Of a stretch of 63,289 nucleotides of DNA, positions 49,538 through 59,001 are shown one piece after another (within the stretch, counting starts at the first letter, position 1; the number at the start of each line of letters is the position of its first letter). This DNA is from a virus (taxonomy: Duplodnaviria; Caudoviricetes): the IMG/VR virus record IMGVR_UViG_3300025358_000006, positions 1-63,289 of that record. One strand, written 5' to 3'. The notes under the pieces are model-generated. The model saw only the letters and a program-made list of their open reading frames with translations. It was not told the DNA's origin and made no database searches. Position numbers and translations under genes: made by a program.

Positions 49538-50650
49538 ATGGCGATTTACAGCAACGGACTATTAGTTATTGATAATACAGGAAACGTTATTCCTGCAAAA
49601 TACTCAACCCGCACAAGTTTGAGTGCTACTGCAACACCTGGATATATTGCATATATATCTGACGTTAATGATTTTGCATTTTCAACAAACAGATATCCAT
49701 CAACTGGCCCTGCCGGAAACCAATATCCACAGATTACACAGGGTGGTACAGCCGCATATTATGCTTGGTATAAATTTGTAGCTAAGCCAAACGATTACAA
49801 AAATGAAATTATCCTGCAACAGGGATGTGTATCAGGTGGATATGTAGGTGGTAACGTTTGGTCAAACATATTACGTGTTCATCATAGCTGTGACGTTGCT
49901 CTAGAGCAACCACAGACTTTACCGTTCTCAAGTTATTACGGCGGATGGATGAGTTCAGAGTGGTATGCGTACCACCATCAAGGTAACTCATCTGTTCAGT
50001 ATGCTTATCAAGACTGGGCAACATGGACAATAACTGGTTCTAACAATCGTCCAACAGGTTCTTATTCGCCCAATTCTTGGCACAATGGTACTAAAGTTGG
50101 TTCAAATAACAACTACGGTATGATACAGATTGGTGGTACAGGTAACTATCTAAACTATAATACAAACTCATGGGGTGTTGGATATAACACAGGTGGCTCA
50201 CATTCATATGGTGGTGGTAGTCCTGCTGAAAATAATACAGCCTATAACTTTACAGCAGGCCAGGGCGGTGCATTTAAATGGAACTACAATACAATGAATT
50301 CATCAAGTGCCCTAGCAGGTGAAGCTCCATTCGGTGGCGGTACTGCTGGTAAACCAATGATGTCAAAATGGTTCAAATGGTACATGAATCCTAATGCTTC
50401 TTCAGCTATGTCACGTTACAACGTATCAAGCGATAGCTGGTCAAGCTCTCCAAGCCAGCAGTATAACAACGGTGAACAATGTTGCGTTATGGGACAAGAT
50501 TACGGTTATATGATTGCTGGATATAATGGTAACCAAAATAACGTATCGGTTAAAACATACTATCCATCAGATAGTCATCAGGTTCTAGGCGCAATTTATA
50601 GCCAACGTAACCAATCATCAGGAAATGCTTGTTACGGTCCTCTACCTTAA
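49538..50650 (+). CDS. Aromatic-rich putative receptor-binding / beta-propeller-like fibre-tip protein
   Basis: TAAATA at 49509-49514 and AAGGA RBS; Tyr/Trp/Asn/Gly-rich with Kelch-like G(Y/F)...GY...N segments. Confidence 0.5.
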   Translation: MAIYSNGLLVIDNTGNVIPAKYSTRTSLSATATPGYIAYISDVNDFAFSTNRYPSTGPAGNQYPQITQGGTAAYYAWYKFVAKPNDYKNEIILQQGCVSGGYVGGNVWSNILRVHHSCDVALEQPQTLPFSSYYGGWMSSEWYAYHHQGNSSVQYAYQDWATWTITGSNNRPTGSYSPNSWHNGTKVGSNNNYGMIQIGGTGNYLNYNTNSWGVGYNTGGSHSYGGGSPAENNTAYNFTAGQGGAFKWNYNTMNSSSALAGEAPFGGGTAGKPMMSKWFKWYMNPNASSAMSRYNVSSDSWSSSPSQQYNNGEQCCVMGQDYGYMIAGYNGNQNNVSVKTYYPSDSHQVLGAIYSQRNQSSGNACYGPLP

Positions 50651-50661
50651 TAAGTAGAAGC

Positions 50662-52035
50662 ATGAAGACAATATGCATCGTAGGCGGTGGAACAGCTGGT
50701 TGGCTTTCCGCCGCTTATCTCATTAATAAGTTCCCTAATTATAAAATCACTCTAGTCGAAAGTCCTAACATACCTACGATCGGTGTTGGTGAGGGCACTT
50801 GGCCTAGCATTATGAAAATGCTAAATGACCTAGGAATCAAATCAACTGAACTAATTGCGCTGACTGGTGGCGGAGTCAAATTAGGTATTAAATTTATAGA
50901 CTTTGCTGAGAATCCATTTTGGTTATCAACAGATCCTGCTTGGGAAACATGGGGTAGCGATCTTACAGCGGCAGTGGGAAATAATAATAAATGTCCTTGG
51001 TTACAAGAAGATAGCATGCACGGTTGTCATTTTGTTGCAAGCGAACTAGCAAACCTACTACAACGTCGAAGTACAGATAAGGGTGTACAACTAATACATT
51101 CAGAAATAACCAACGTAGAAATGGATGGTGATAATTGCACTAGTGTAACTCTAGCAAATAATACTAAAATCACCGCAGATTGGTTTGTGGACTGTTCGGG
51201 ATTTAAAAGAATACTAATTGGTAAAACAGATAGCGAATTCCAAAGTTACGCAGACGAACTGTTAGTTGACACCGCTATAGTTGGACAAAAGAATTATACT
51301 AACCCAGAAAAAGAATACGAACCCTTTACATCAAGTATTGGAATGACAGCTGGTTGGCGATTTAAAATCCCGGTATATGATAGAACAGGCAATGGATACA
51401 TCTATAGTAGCAAATTTATCAGTGATGAAGATGCTCGTGCAGAATTTGCACAAGCTACGGGGATAGAAGAACCGCGTAAAATTGCGATGAAGCCTGGATA
51501 TTTTAAAGAAATCATCAAGGGCAACATCATAGCGTCTGGTATGAGTAGTGGTTTTATCGAACCTTTAGAAGCTACAGCTATACATTTAGCTGGTAAAACT
51601 ATGGAATACGCTACTGAAGTTATAGCCAACAGAAGAAATCACGACTGGGCAAACGCAGAGATACAGGCAAGAATACGATATATTAAAGTTGTAGTGTTAG
51701 GCCATTATGCATTTAGCAAGAGAACAGAACCTTTTTGGGTAGAGGCTAGCAAAGCCGCACGTAACTCAAAAGACTTCCAACTTTTCTGGCAGTCTCTTAA
51801 ATATAAATATCCAACGAAGGAAGATAACTTAGATAATGGTTATCCTTATTTTCAATGGAATGAGTTGTTAAGGGGGTTTGGAGAAGAGCATTATTATCCT
51901 AGATTAAGCAAGGATGCTAAAGTGCAAGTTTATCTAGCACAAAAAATGCTACCAAATCACTACAAATACATAACCGAGATAAGGGCAAAAAATGGTATCA
52001 AAAACACAAGAAAAGAAACAGTGGACAATAGCTGA
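50662..52035 (+). CDS. Flavin-dependent (tryptophan-halogenase family) halogenase
   Basis: GGGTAGW FAD motif, IGVGEGT, catalytic-Lys motif KLGIKF, FVDCSGF, WRFKIP (WxWxIP variant), GFIEPLEAT; ATG 50662 preferred over 50629. Confidence 0.88.
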   Translation: MKTICIVGGGTAGWLSAAYLINKFPNYKITLVESPNIPTIGVGEGTWPSIMKMLNDLGIKSTELIALTGGGVKLGIKFIDFAENPFWLSTDPAWETWGSDLTAAVGNNNKCPWLQEDSMHGCHFVASELANLLQRRSTDKGVQLIHSEITNVEMDGDNCTSVTLANNTKITADWFVDCSGFKRILIGKTDSEFQSYADELLVDTAIVGQKNYTNPEKEYEPFTSSIGMTAGWRFKIPVYDRTGNGYIYSSKFISDEDARAEFAQATGIEEPRKIAMKPGYFKEIIKGNIIASGMSSGFIEPLEATAIHLAGKTMEYATEVIANRRNHDWANAEIQARIRYIKVVVLGHYAFSKRTEPFWVEASKAARNSKDFQLFWQSLKYKYPTKEDNLDNGYPYFQWNELLRGFGEEHYYPRLSKDAKVQVYLAQKMLPNHYKYITEIRAKNGIKNTRKETVDNS

Positions 52036-52678
52036 TTTAGTAGAAGAGCTTCCACGTGGTATGAGCGACTTCCAAATGAAGCAGTTCGTAGTTGCATCAC
52101 AGCTTACACCAATTAAGCAACTACAGCAAGTTACAATGGAAGCAGAGGTGCGTGAAGAAAACTTACGCAAGACAGAATACGAAGATAAAAAGAATCAATT
52201 AAAGATCGAGATTTTAAAGAAGAAGCGCGAGCGCGAAGTTGATCCTTTATATCAGATGGAAATCGATTTAGAAATCCATCAATTAGAAGAAAAGATTTAC
52301 CTAAGTGTAAAAGAAATTAAACGTATCAGAAGTGAATTAGAAACATTCTACGAAATATTAGAATATTTTAATGAGAACTATGATATCGGAGAGATGTTAG
52401 CTATGAAAGACACTCTCGAAATTGATTACTGGGTCAAACGTTTAGGTCGTCAGGCAGGTTTAGATATTGTATCGACTGGTAGAATTTCAACCGGTAACCT
52501 ACAGGCGATGCTTGATTTACCAGAAGAGATTTTCCATGTAACCCTAGCGGAAGCATTGAAGATTACAAATGAAATGGCCGCTTATGTGCCTGTGCCACAG
52601 TTAGGTTCACTACCTGACAAAGAAACACTGATTAAATTTAATCCAGATGGTTCTCAGGACACAGTAGAAAGGTCATAA
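51992..52678 (+). CDS. Hypothetical coiled-coil protein (fibre-associated chaperone?)
   Basis: 228-aa helical ORF overlapping the halogenase end by 44 nt; no catalytic motif. Confidence 0.6.
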   Translation: MVSKTQEKKQWTIADLVEELPRGMSDFQMKQFVVASQLTPIKQLQQVTMEAEVREENLRKTEYEDKKNQLKIEILKKKREREVDPLYQMEIDLEIHQLEEKIYLSVKEIKRIRSELETFYEILEYFNENYDIGEMLAMKDTLEIDYWVKRLGRQAGLDIVSTGRISTGNLQAMLDLPEEIFHVTLAEALKITNEMAAYVPVPQLGSLPDKETLIKFNPDGSQDTVERS

Positions 52679-52706
52679 TAACGCTTTTTAGCAAGGTCCC
52701 ACAAAC

Positions 52707-53366
52707 ATGCTTTTATTAAAAATTGATAATTCGCCCTTAACATTCCAGATTCCCCCAGGAACAAAATATTCTAGCCACGGTTGGATGTTAGTTGATTTAC
52801 CTATTACTAGTTTCAATGCAGGTCAAATTGCTCAGTACAAAATTACTGAAATTACAGATCCTACATTGTTATCAGAATTAAACTATATCAACTATACTGT
52901 ATTAGACAACGGTAATGTTGCTTACATCACTACTGTAGTTGATTCAAATCCTTCTGATATTACATCAGGACATTTAGAATCTTTTGTTACTCTAACAGAT
53001 CCTACACATGTTAGTTTATTTTTAGCTGGTTATAAGTATCTAAGCAATTTAGAAATTCAAGCAGAGTATGATGCCAAGTTTGCTAATTTAACTGTAACAA
53101 CAAGTTCTTTAGAAGCTAGTACATTTACACAACAGTTAGCAGAAGCTCAGGCTTATATGTCTAATAGCAGTTATCCAACACCGCTATTATCTAAACTATC
53201 AGCCGCAAGCGGAGTTACAATATCTCAATTGGCTAGCGAAGCCATTGCTAAACAAGCCGCATATCAAGACCGTCAAGCTGAACTGTTAGGTCAAATGTTG
53301 TCTGACCAGCAGGAAGTTAACAACTGCTCAACACCATTACAGGTAAAACAACTTGGCTGGATCTGA
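52707..53366 (+). CDS. Tail fibre assembly-type protein
   Basis: C-terminal E..TF.QQ.AEA.AY.....PTPLL..L..A.G......LA pattern resembles fibre-assembly chaperones. Confidence 0.55.
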   Translation: MLLLKIDNSPLTFQIPPGTKYSSHGWMLVDLPITSFNAGQIAQYKITEITDPTLLSELNYINYTVLDNGNVAYITTVVDSNPSDITSGHLESFVTLTDPTHVSLFLAGYKYLSNLEIQAEYDAKFANLTVTTSSLEASTFTQQLAEAQAYMSNSSYPTPLLSKLSAASGVTISQLASEAIAKQAAYQDRQAELLGQMLSDQQEVNNCSTPLQVKQLGWI

Positions 53367-53943
53367 ACTTAAACTAAGCACAATATTCCCCACTCCGGTG
53401 TGGACTATTACTAACGATCTTTCTGAAGACGATCTAAAGGAATTAGAAAGATTTGCTTATGAGATGGTTGAAAAAAATCCTAATTTGGATATTTCAAGTA
53501 AAAGGGGCGGCGGCGGAAGTTCAAAAGTACTTACTATCGCCCATCCTGTTTTAATGCCTTTGATTCAAAAATGCACCAGCATGCTGATCAAAGACTATGA
53601 ATCTGTTACAAAAATAAGATTAGAAAATTATTGGATCAATGTCAACCCGCCGGGCGCATATATGATTCCTCATGTACATCCACGTAGTGTATTTGCCTGC
53701 ACTATCTATGTTAAAACTCCTCCCCGCTCTGGAAAGATAACATTCGTTAATCCTAATCTAGCGGCACGTCAACATTTTTATAGCGGAAAAGATATTGATT
53801 ACAACTATAAGAGTTATAGTTTCCAACCGATTCCAGGAATGTTCATTGCATTTCCTAGTTGGTTGGATCACGGTGTTGAAGAAAATTTGTCAGACGACAA
53901 TAGAATCAGTATCAGCTTTAATCTAATAGCTGACGATATCTAA
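53353..53943 (+). CDS. 2OG-Fe(II) oxygenase (TIGR02466-like)
   Basis: FPTPVW, WINVN...PHVHP, FPSWLDHGV, RISISFN: H-x-H...H metal ligands and R-x-S 2OG-binding motif. Confidence 0.85.
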   Translation: MAGSELKLSTIFPTPVWTITNDLSEDDLKELERFAYEMVEKNPNLDISSKRGGGGSSKVLTIAHPVLMPLIQKCTSMLIKDYESVTKIRLENYWINVNPPGAYMIPHVHPRSVFACTIYVKTPPRSGKITFVNPNLAARQHFYSGKDIDYNYKSYSFQPIPGMFIAFPSWLDHGVEENLSDDNRISISFNLIADDI

Positions 53944-54365
53944 GCTAATACATCAAATATAGTATCAATCTTTGCTTTATTTGTCTTGCTACTTAGTGTA
54001 GTTCTAAGACCAGAGTGTAATGGCTTAGGCCAATAGTCTTTTGAAACCCACGCATAACCAGAATGTTCGTGATTTAGTTGAGGAATAAATTCATCCTTGA
54101 CTAACAGAACATAGGTGTGATAATAAAATCCCCCGTCTTTACTTTCGTATTGCTCTAAGGGTATAGTTTTTTCTATATCTGGTAAAAATCCTATTTCTTC
54201 TTGCACTTCTCTACAAAGAGCTTCGTAAGGAGTTTGGTCGCTTGGTTCGTGTTTACCGCCCACAATACCCCATGTACCATCAGTTTTTCCTTCTGATCTG
54301 TTAAGAAATAAAAATCTTTTAGTCGACTTACTTAAAAATAGTCCGCCGCTACAAATTACATTCAT
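53940..54365 (-). CDS. Nudix hydrolase
   Basis: Nudix box GGKHEPSDQTPYEALCREVQEEIG; ATG 54365 overlaps the upstream stop (ATGA). Confidence 0.88.
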   Translation of the reverse strand: MNVICSGGLFLSKSTKRFLFLNRSEGKTDGTWGIVGGKHEPSDQTPYEALCREVQEEIGFLPDIEKTIPLEQYESKDGGFYYHTYVLLVKDEFIPQLNHEHSGYAWVSKDYWPKPLHSGLRTTLSSKTNKAKIDTIFDVLA

Positions 54366-55855
54366 AATAATAAACGCCAAAATCCCGGTGTATATTCACC
54401 TTCATAACTCGAGGTCCACTGTGAACCATCCCATACATACTGCGAACCAGTACGTATATTAGTTATGTAAGTAGGTACCGTGCCGGCTAAAGAGTCGAAT
54501 ATGACCGACCATTTGGTTCCGTCCCAGGTAATGATGTCATTTGCATTTGCTGAAAATATGCTGTTGTCTGCATTTTTAAAATTATGTACAGCATATCCAG
54601 CCTCTGGATATAGTGTTTGGTAAACAGGATTACCGTTAGCATCTAGTTTAACTATCTGTTGCGGACTAGCAGGATCTGCTGAATTATAACCGGGGTTAGT
54701 AATATACACGGGTGTCCTATATGCAGGATTGATATCTTCTAATATCAAATAGCGTATACCCACATTCGTGAGATCTGTTGTAAGTTTTGTTGGATCTACA
54801 ATAGCATCTACGTAAGTTTTTCCACTATTAGCAGGCACTTGACTGTTGGTATGTAGTGTAGACGAATCTATGTTCAATATCATTTGTGTTTCATCTACTG
54901 GATTCAGAGACATTGTAGCAACGACTTCTGTTTCTAAATCTTTTGAAAATCTTATTTGACTTATTCCTGCTGTGAAAGTTCCTGGATACGCATCTAGAAT
55001 CTTGTACCAGCTGACTCCCGGTCCTAATGTTGCTACATTGTTCAACACTATAACATTTAGATTTTTTAAATCATGACCTGCAATAGCAGTAGGGGTACGG
55101 CCATTAAAGAACGCACCATCATCGTATGGACTTTCCGATATAGTACCTGTGGGTTCTACGAATATTCTAGAAATAATATTTGTAATAACACCTAACTGTT
55201 TTACTTTGATAGGTGTGCTGATCCATATAGGTGCTGTAAATCCTAAATTGGCAATATCTATATCCTGTTCTACACCCTGCGGAATAGCACGGGTAGACCA
55301 AGTAAGATCTGACAACTCTAAATAACTCAAGCTAGTCCAGTCAACAAAGTTTGCGGTAGTTTGTATCTCCATAGCAGGGCGGAATAATACCAATATCTGC
55401 TCAAGTATCTGTAGTTTTTGTTCTGTGTTCGAACTCCATATGTCTGCTTGGAATTCTAAATCATAAGGAGTAGGCATCAATCTATTGATTGTATAGTTTG
55501 CACCTTGTGTATTTGCCTCACCTTCTACTATTTGTCCGTAGGTTGGACTGCTAGGATCTTGATCCATGTATTGAGTTGCACGTTCTCGAACGTTCAACGT
55601 ATTTTCGTAATAGGGATTTTGCAATCGTTCACGTGCAATTTTTAGATTCTTAATATAGCAACTAATAAATGGAGCATTAGGAATAGTATTTTCACTATTC
55701 TTGTTTAAGATCTGTGCGACTTGACGACTCATGTCTCCATAGCGAACAGGAATCTGTATTATATTGCCCTTAGAATCTTTGTATGAGAAATTGCTCATAA
55801 CTCGCATAAACTGAGTTAGGTATCTTCTCAACTGACCGTCATAAAAATAATCCAT
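54362..55855 (-). CDS. gp15: Tail sheath stabiliser / tail terminator with C-terminal extension
   Basis: YFYD.QLRRY...F, IPVRYG, PTPYDL....IWS....QKLQILEQILVLF.P resemble T4 gp15; adjacent to neck genes. Confidence 0.75.
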   Translation of the reverse strand: MDYFYDGQLRRYLTQFMRVMSNFSYKDSKGNIIQIPVRYGDMSRQVAQILNKNSENTIPNAPFISCYIKNLKIARERLQNPYYENTLNVRERATQYMDQDPSSPTYGQIVEGEANTQGANYTINRLMPTPYDLEFQADIWSSNTEQKLQILEQILVLFRPAMEIQTTANFVDWTSLSYLELSDLTWSTRAIPQGVEQDIDIANLGFTAPIWISTPIKVKQLGVITNIISRIFVEPTGTISESPYDDGAFFNGRTPTAIAGHDLKNLNVIVLNNVATLGPGVSWYKILDAYPGTFTAGISQIRFSKDLETEVVATMSLNPVDETQMILNIDSSTLHTNSQVPANSGKTYVDAIVDPTKLTTDLTNVGIRYLILEDINPAYRTPVYITNPGYNSADPASPQQIVKLDANGNPVYQTLYPEAGYAVHNFKNADNSIFSANANDIITWDGTKWSVIFDSLAGTVPTYITNIRTGSQYVWDGSQWTSSYEGEYTPGFWRLLL

Positions 55856-57072
55856 TAATTATCTGCCTTTGGTTTTAATGCTTTGCTTAAACTTTGTCTT
55901 TCTGGAACAGTACTACCTGCAATAGTTGAAGTACTTAAATTGTTAATATATCCAGTAAGCTGTGTTTGTCTTATTGGTTTTCCAGCGAATGCAGTACCTG
56001 GTGCAACATCCTGCGCACCGAAGTCATCTAAGGTCATTCTCACATTGCTTTCAAATTTAATCCACACAGCACCGTCAAATCTAAACAAAGTGTTAGGTAG
56101 ATAGTCGATGCGTAAGAAAAATTGTCCTTTAGCTGGGTTACTTGGAAACTCTATACCGGCGCCATACGGTGCACCGTTAGGCGGAATACCACCTTCACCT
56201 GCTCCTTGTACAAAGTATGTATGGTCTGGGCTTCTTAATACAATAGATGCATCAAGATTATCCCAATTGGTGTTATCAATACTAGTATCGCTAACGTCTT
56301 GTGTATCAACAGTACCATCTGCTTGCAATGGAATAACATATAAATTACTGTCATCGAATCCATGAGCAGGACTATCTAATTCTGCTTGTTGTAGGACAGC
56401 ATTATTTGTGGCAATGCTAATATTATATGTTGAAATCAAATCACGTAAGGTTTGATTAGTAGGATTACCGTTTGAATCTGTTTGTTTTGCATCCAGTATT
56501 TCTGCGTACTCTTGACTGTCGACTAGAGGAGCACATTTGCAACGAACCAAATGCGGGTACCAAGTTTGACTGAATCCATTAGTTGGTCGAGTAACATCTT
56601 GTACAACATAGAATCTTTTTAATGCTATGGTACTGCTGTCTAATGCATACTCGTCTTTTAAATGGGGCAATTCTAATACATCGCCTGCCATTATCTTACG
56701 ACCTAGTGTTTCTACACAGCCATTTAGATGGAAGTGTAACATGATATTATCATTGTTCAAGAAAAGACCAAATTGGCTTAGATTAAAATCTAAGTCTTGC
56801 ATCTGATAAATTCCACGCATGATATATACATCGGGTGCGTAGTGTCTATCACGGTTTTCCATGAGTAATACGTCCTGTATTCCTAATTCTGGTATAGGAT
56901 TAGAATTGTTAGGAGTCGCTGGTGTAGCATTTCCCTCTGTAGGATCTGCATGGCCCAGGTATTTGTGGATGAAAATATCAGTTCCGCCCACTTGAAATTG
57001 TTCGTTAATAACCCGATCTAGAAAGCGAAAATCGTTGCCTTTTTCGGGACGGTAAAGGGATAGTCTTGGCAT
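55855..57072 (-). CDS. gp14: Neck protein (gp14-like) with C-terminal extension
   Basis: LSQFGLFL...GDVLELPHL pattern; sits between gp13-like and gp15-like genes. Confidence 0.6.
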   Translation of the reverse strand: MPRLSLYRPEKGNDFRFLDRVINEQFQVGGTDIFIHKYLGHADPTEGNATPATPNNSNPIPELGIQDVLLMENRDRHYAPDVYIMRGIYQMQDLDFNLSQFGLFLNNDNIMLHFHLNGCVETLGRKIMAGDVLELPHLKDEYALDSSTIALKRFYVVQDVTRPTNGFSQTWYPHLVRCKCAPLVDSQEYAEILDAKQTDSNGNPTNQTLRDLISTYNISIATNNAVLQQAELDSPAHGFDDSNLYVIPLQADGTVDTQDVSDTSIDNTNWDNLDASIVLRSPDHTYFVQGAGEGGIPPNGAPYGAGIEFPSNPAKGQFFLRIDYLPNTLFRFDGAVWIKFESNVRMTLDDFGAQDVAPGTAFAGKPIRQTQLTGYINNLSTSTIAGSTVPERQSLSKALKPKADN

Positions 57073-57079
57073 AGTATAC

Positions 57080-57096
57080 TATTTAGTGGCTAAATA
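57080..57096. promoter_or_regulatory. Back-to-back divergent late promoters TATTTAG-TGG-CTAAATA
   Basis: 7-bp inverted repeat; TAAATA on each strand, 5-7 nt from the ATG of the gp13-like and gp14-like genes. Confidence 0.75.
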
Positions 57097-57101
57097 TTGA
57101 T

Positions 57102-57887
57102 ATGACTACAGCTAACACTCCCAATACGATAACCGATACAACACCTGCTCGCCAGCAAATTATTGACTATGTAAAGTCATTTTTAGGTGCAAGCATGGTT
57201 GATGTTGAACTAGAACCAAAAGACTATAATGTAGCAATTGACAGAGCCCTGTCAAAATACCGACAGCGTTCGGCAAATTCTGTAGAAGAAAGTTTTGGTT
57301 ATTTGACATTAGAGCAGGATCAAAATGAATACATACTAGGAAACGAAGTTATCGAAGTCCGTGATGTTTTCCGTAGAAGTATTGGTAGTAGAACAGGTGG
57401 CGGTGATGGAGGCAGTTTATTTGAGCCATTTAACTTGGCCTACACAAATACCTACTTGCTGTCGTCTAGTAACATGGGCGGTTTAGCAACCTATTACTCT
57501 TTTGCACAGTATCAAAAGATGGTCGGTAAAATGTTCGGTAGTTACATTCAATTTACATATCATCCGCAAACACGCAAATTGACAATCATGCAACGTCCAC
57601 GTGGCGAGGAAACTGTACTATTATGGTTGTATAATTATCGCCCAGATTTTGCTATATTAGATGACCCCTATGCAGGTATATGGGTTAAAGATTATACTCT
57701 TGCAAACTGCAAACTCATGCTCGGCGAAGCACGTGAAAAGTTCAATCAAATTACCAGCCCACAAGGTGGTACTACTTTAAACGGTACTCAATTAAAAACC
57801 GAAGGCGCACAGATGATTGAAAAACTAGATATAGAAATCCAAAATTATCAAACTGGCGAAAAACCAATGTGGTTTGTAGTCGGCTAA
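57102..57887 (+). CDS. gp13: Neck protein
   Basis: DYVKSFLGASMVDVEL, WVKDYTLA..K..LGEAREKF.....PQGGTTLNG are gp13-like motifs. Confidence 0.85.
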   Translation: MTTANTPNTITDTTPARQQIIDYVKSFLGASMVDVELEPKDYNVAIDRALSKYRQRSANSVEESFGYLTLEQDQNEYILGNEVIEVRDVFRRSIGSRTGGGDGGSLFEPFNLAYTNTYLLSSSNMGGLATYYSFAQYQKMVGKMFGSYIQFTYHPQTRKLTIMQRPRGEETVLLWLYNYRPDFAILDDPYAGIWVKDYTLANCKLMLGEAREKFNQITSPQGGTTLNGTQLKTEGAQMIEKLDIEIQNYQTGEKPMWFVVG

Positions 57888-57897
57888 CCAAAAACAG

Positions 57898-57926
57898 TTG
57901 ACTTCGTAACACAGTTGTAATAAAAT
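57898..57926 (+). promoter_or_regulatory. Sigma70-type (early) promoter TTGACT-17 bp-TAAAAT
   Basis: -35 at 57898-57903, exact 17-nt spacer, -10 at 57921-57926, upstream of the dNMP kinase gene. Confidence 0.75.
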
Positions 57927-57948
57927 ATAGTATCGACTGGGGGATACT

Positions 57949-58605
57949 ATGATTATAGGTGTGTGCGGTTTTATTGGGTCGGGCAAAGATACTATTGCCG
58001 ACTATCTAACAAATTTCCACGAATTTAGAAGAGAAAGTTTTGCTAACAGCCTCAAAGATGCTGTTGCTCAAGTGTTCGGCTGGGACCGTACAATGTTAGA
58101 GGGGCGAACTAAATCAGCCCGCGAATGGCGAGAACAAGTAGATCCGTGGTGGGCAGAACGTTTAGGTATGCCTCATTTAACACCACGTTGGGTATTACAA
58201 TACTGGGGAACTGAAGTTTGTCGCAAAGGCTTCCATGACGATATTTGGATTGCCGCATTAGAGAATAAACTACGCAACTCGAAAGATGACATAGTCATTA
58301 GTGACTGCCGTTTTCCTAATGAAATTAAATCAATTAAAGCCGCTGGCGGCATTGTTGTTCGTGTAGTCCGCGGGCTAGAGCCCGAATGGTACGATGCCGC
58401 AGTTAGTGTAAATCAAGGCCCGAACGGTAATTTAACATGGGCAACCAGTAAACATAGATTAGAAAAAACAGGGATCCATGCATCAGAAACAGCATGGGTA
58501 GGAACAGACTTTGATGCTATACTAGACAATAATGGTAGCATCGATGACTTATACGATCAGGTTAAAAATCTGGTCGGAGATCTCCCCGTTTCCATGGTAG
58601 CTTGA
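57949..58605 (+). CDS. Deoxynucleoside monophosphate kinase (T4 gp1-like)
   Basis: P-loop GFIGSGKDT, SFANSLKD, TPRWVLQYWGTE, VISDCRFPNE. Confidence 0.92.
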   Translation: MIIGVCGFIGSGKDTIADYLTNFHEFRRESFANSLKDAVAQVFGWDRTMLEGRTKSAREWREQVDPWWAERLGMPHLTPRWVLQYWGTEVCRKGFHDDIWIAALENKLRNSKDDIVISDCRFPNEIKSIKAAGGIVVRVVRGLEPEWYDAAVSVNQGPNGNLTWATSKHRLEKTGIHASETAWVGTDFDAILDNNGSIDDLYDQVKNLVGDLPVSMVA

Positions 58606-58900
58606 GTTTATGCAGTATGCGTTGACAGTTAGCGCATACTGTTTTTAAATTAGACAGTCTACAATTACTAGGATCACCATCTACATAGTAAACATCAAAC
58701 TGCTCTAAATACTTGCTGGTATAGCTACATCTATCGCAAGTATCTTTTAACCTATAGCCCGAGGCTTGCCATTTAGGTCGACCAATATCTCTACTCCTTG
58801 CGCAATGGTCGCACGTGCTCCTATAGAATGTTTTGCCATCCTTGTGATAATTAACCGCAACTGGTCGTTTGCCGCACGTTTTACATAGAGATCTAATCAT
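58562..58900 (-). CDS. Zn-finger / degenerate HNH-fold protein
   Basis: Four CxxC pairs plus VDGD..N....NL..VCANC; start moved to ATG 58900, downstream of the minus-strand TAAATA. Confidence 0.7.
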   Translation of the reverse strand: MIRSLCKTCGKRPVAVNYHKDGKTFYRSTCDHCARSRDIGRPKWQASGYRLKDTCDRCSYTSKYLEQFDVYYVDGDPSNCRLSNLKTVCANCQRILHKLKLPWKRGDLRPDF

Positions 58901-58932
58901 ACCCCGCCCTTTTAGGTGCCCTTTTTCATAGA

Positions 58933-58967
58933 TATTTATGGGCAAAATTATCAATACACACTAAATA
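58933..58967. promoter_or_regulatory. Divergent TAAATA late promoters (minus 58933-58938, plus 58962-58967)
   Basis: Face the HNH-like gene and the tail sheath gene respectively. Confidence 0.65.
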
Positions 58968-59001
58968 CTTCTGATAAAACCATTATTGGGAGAGTTAGTA
59001 A

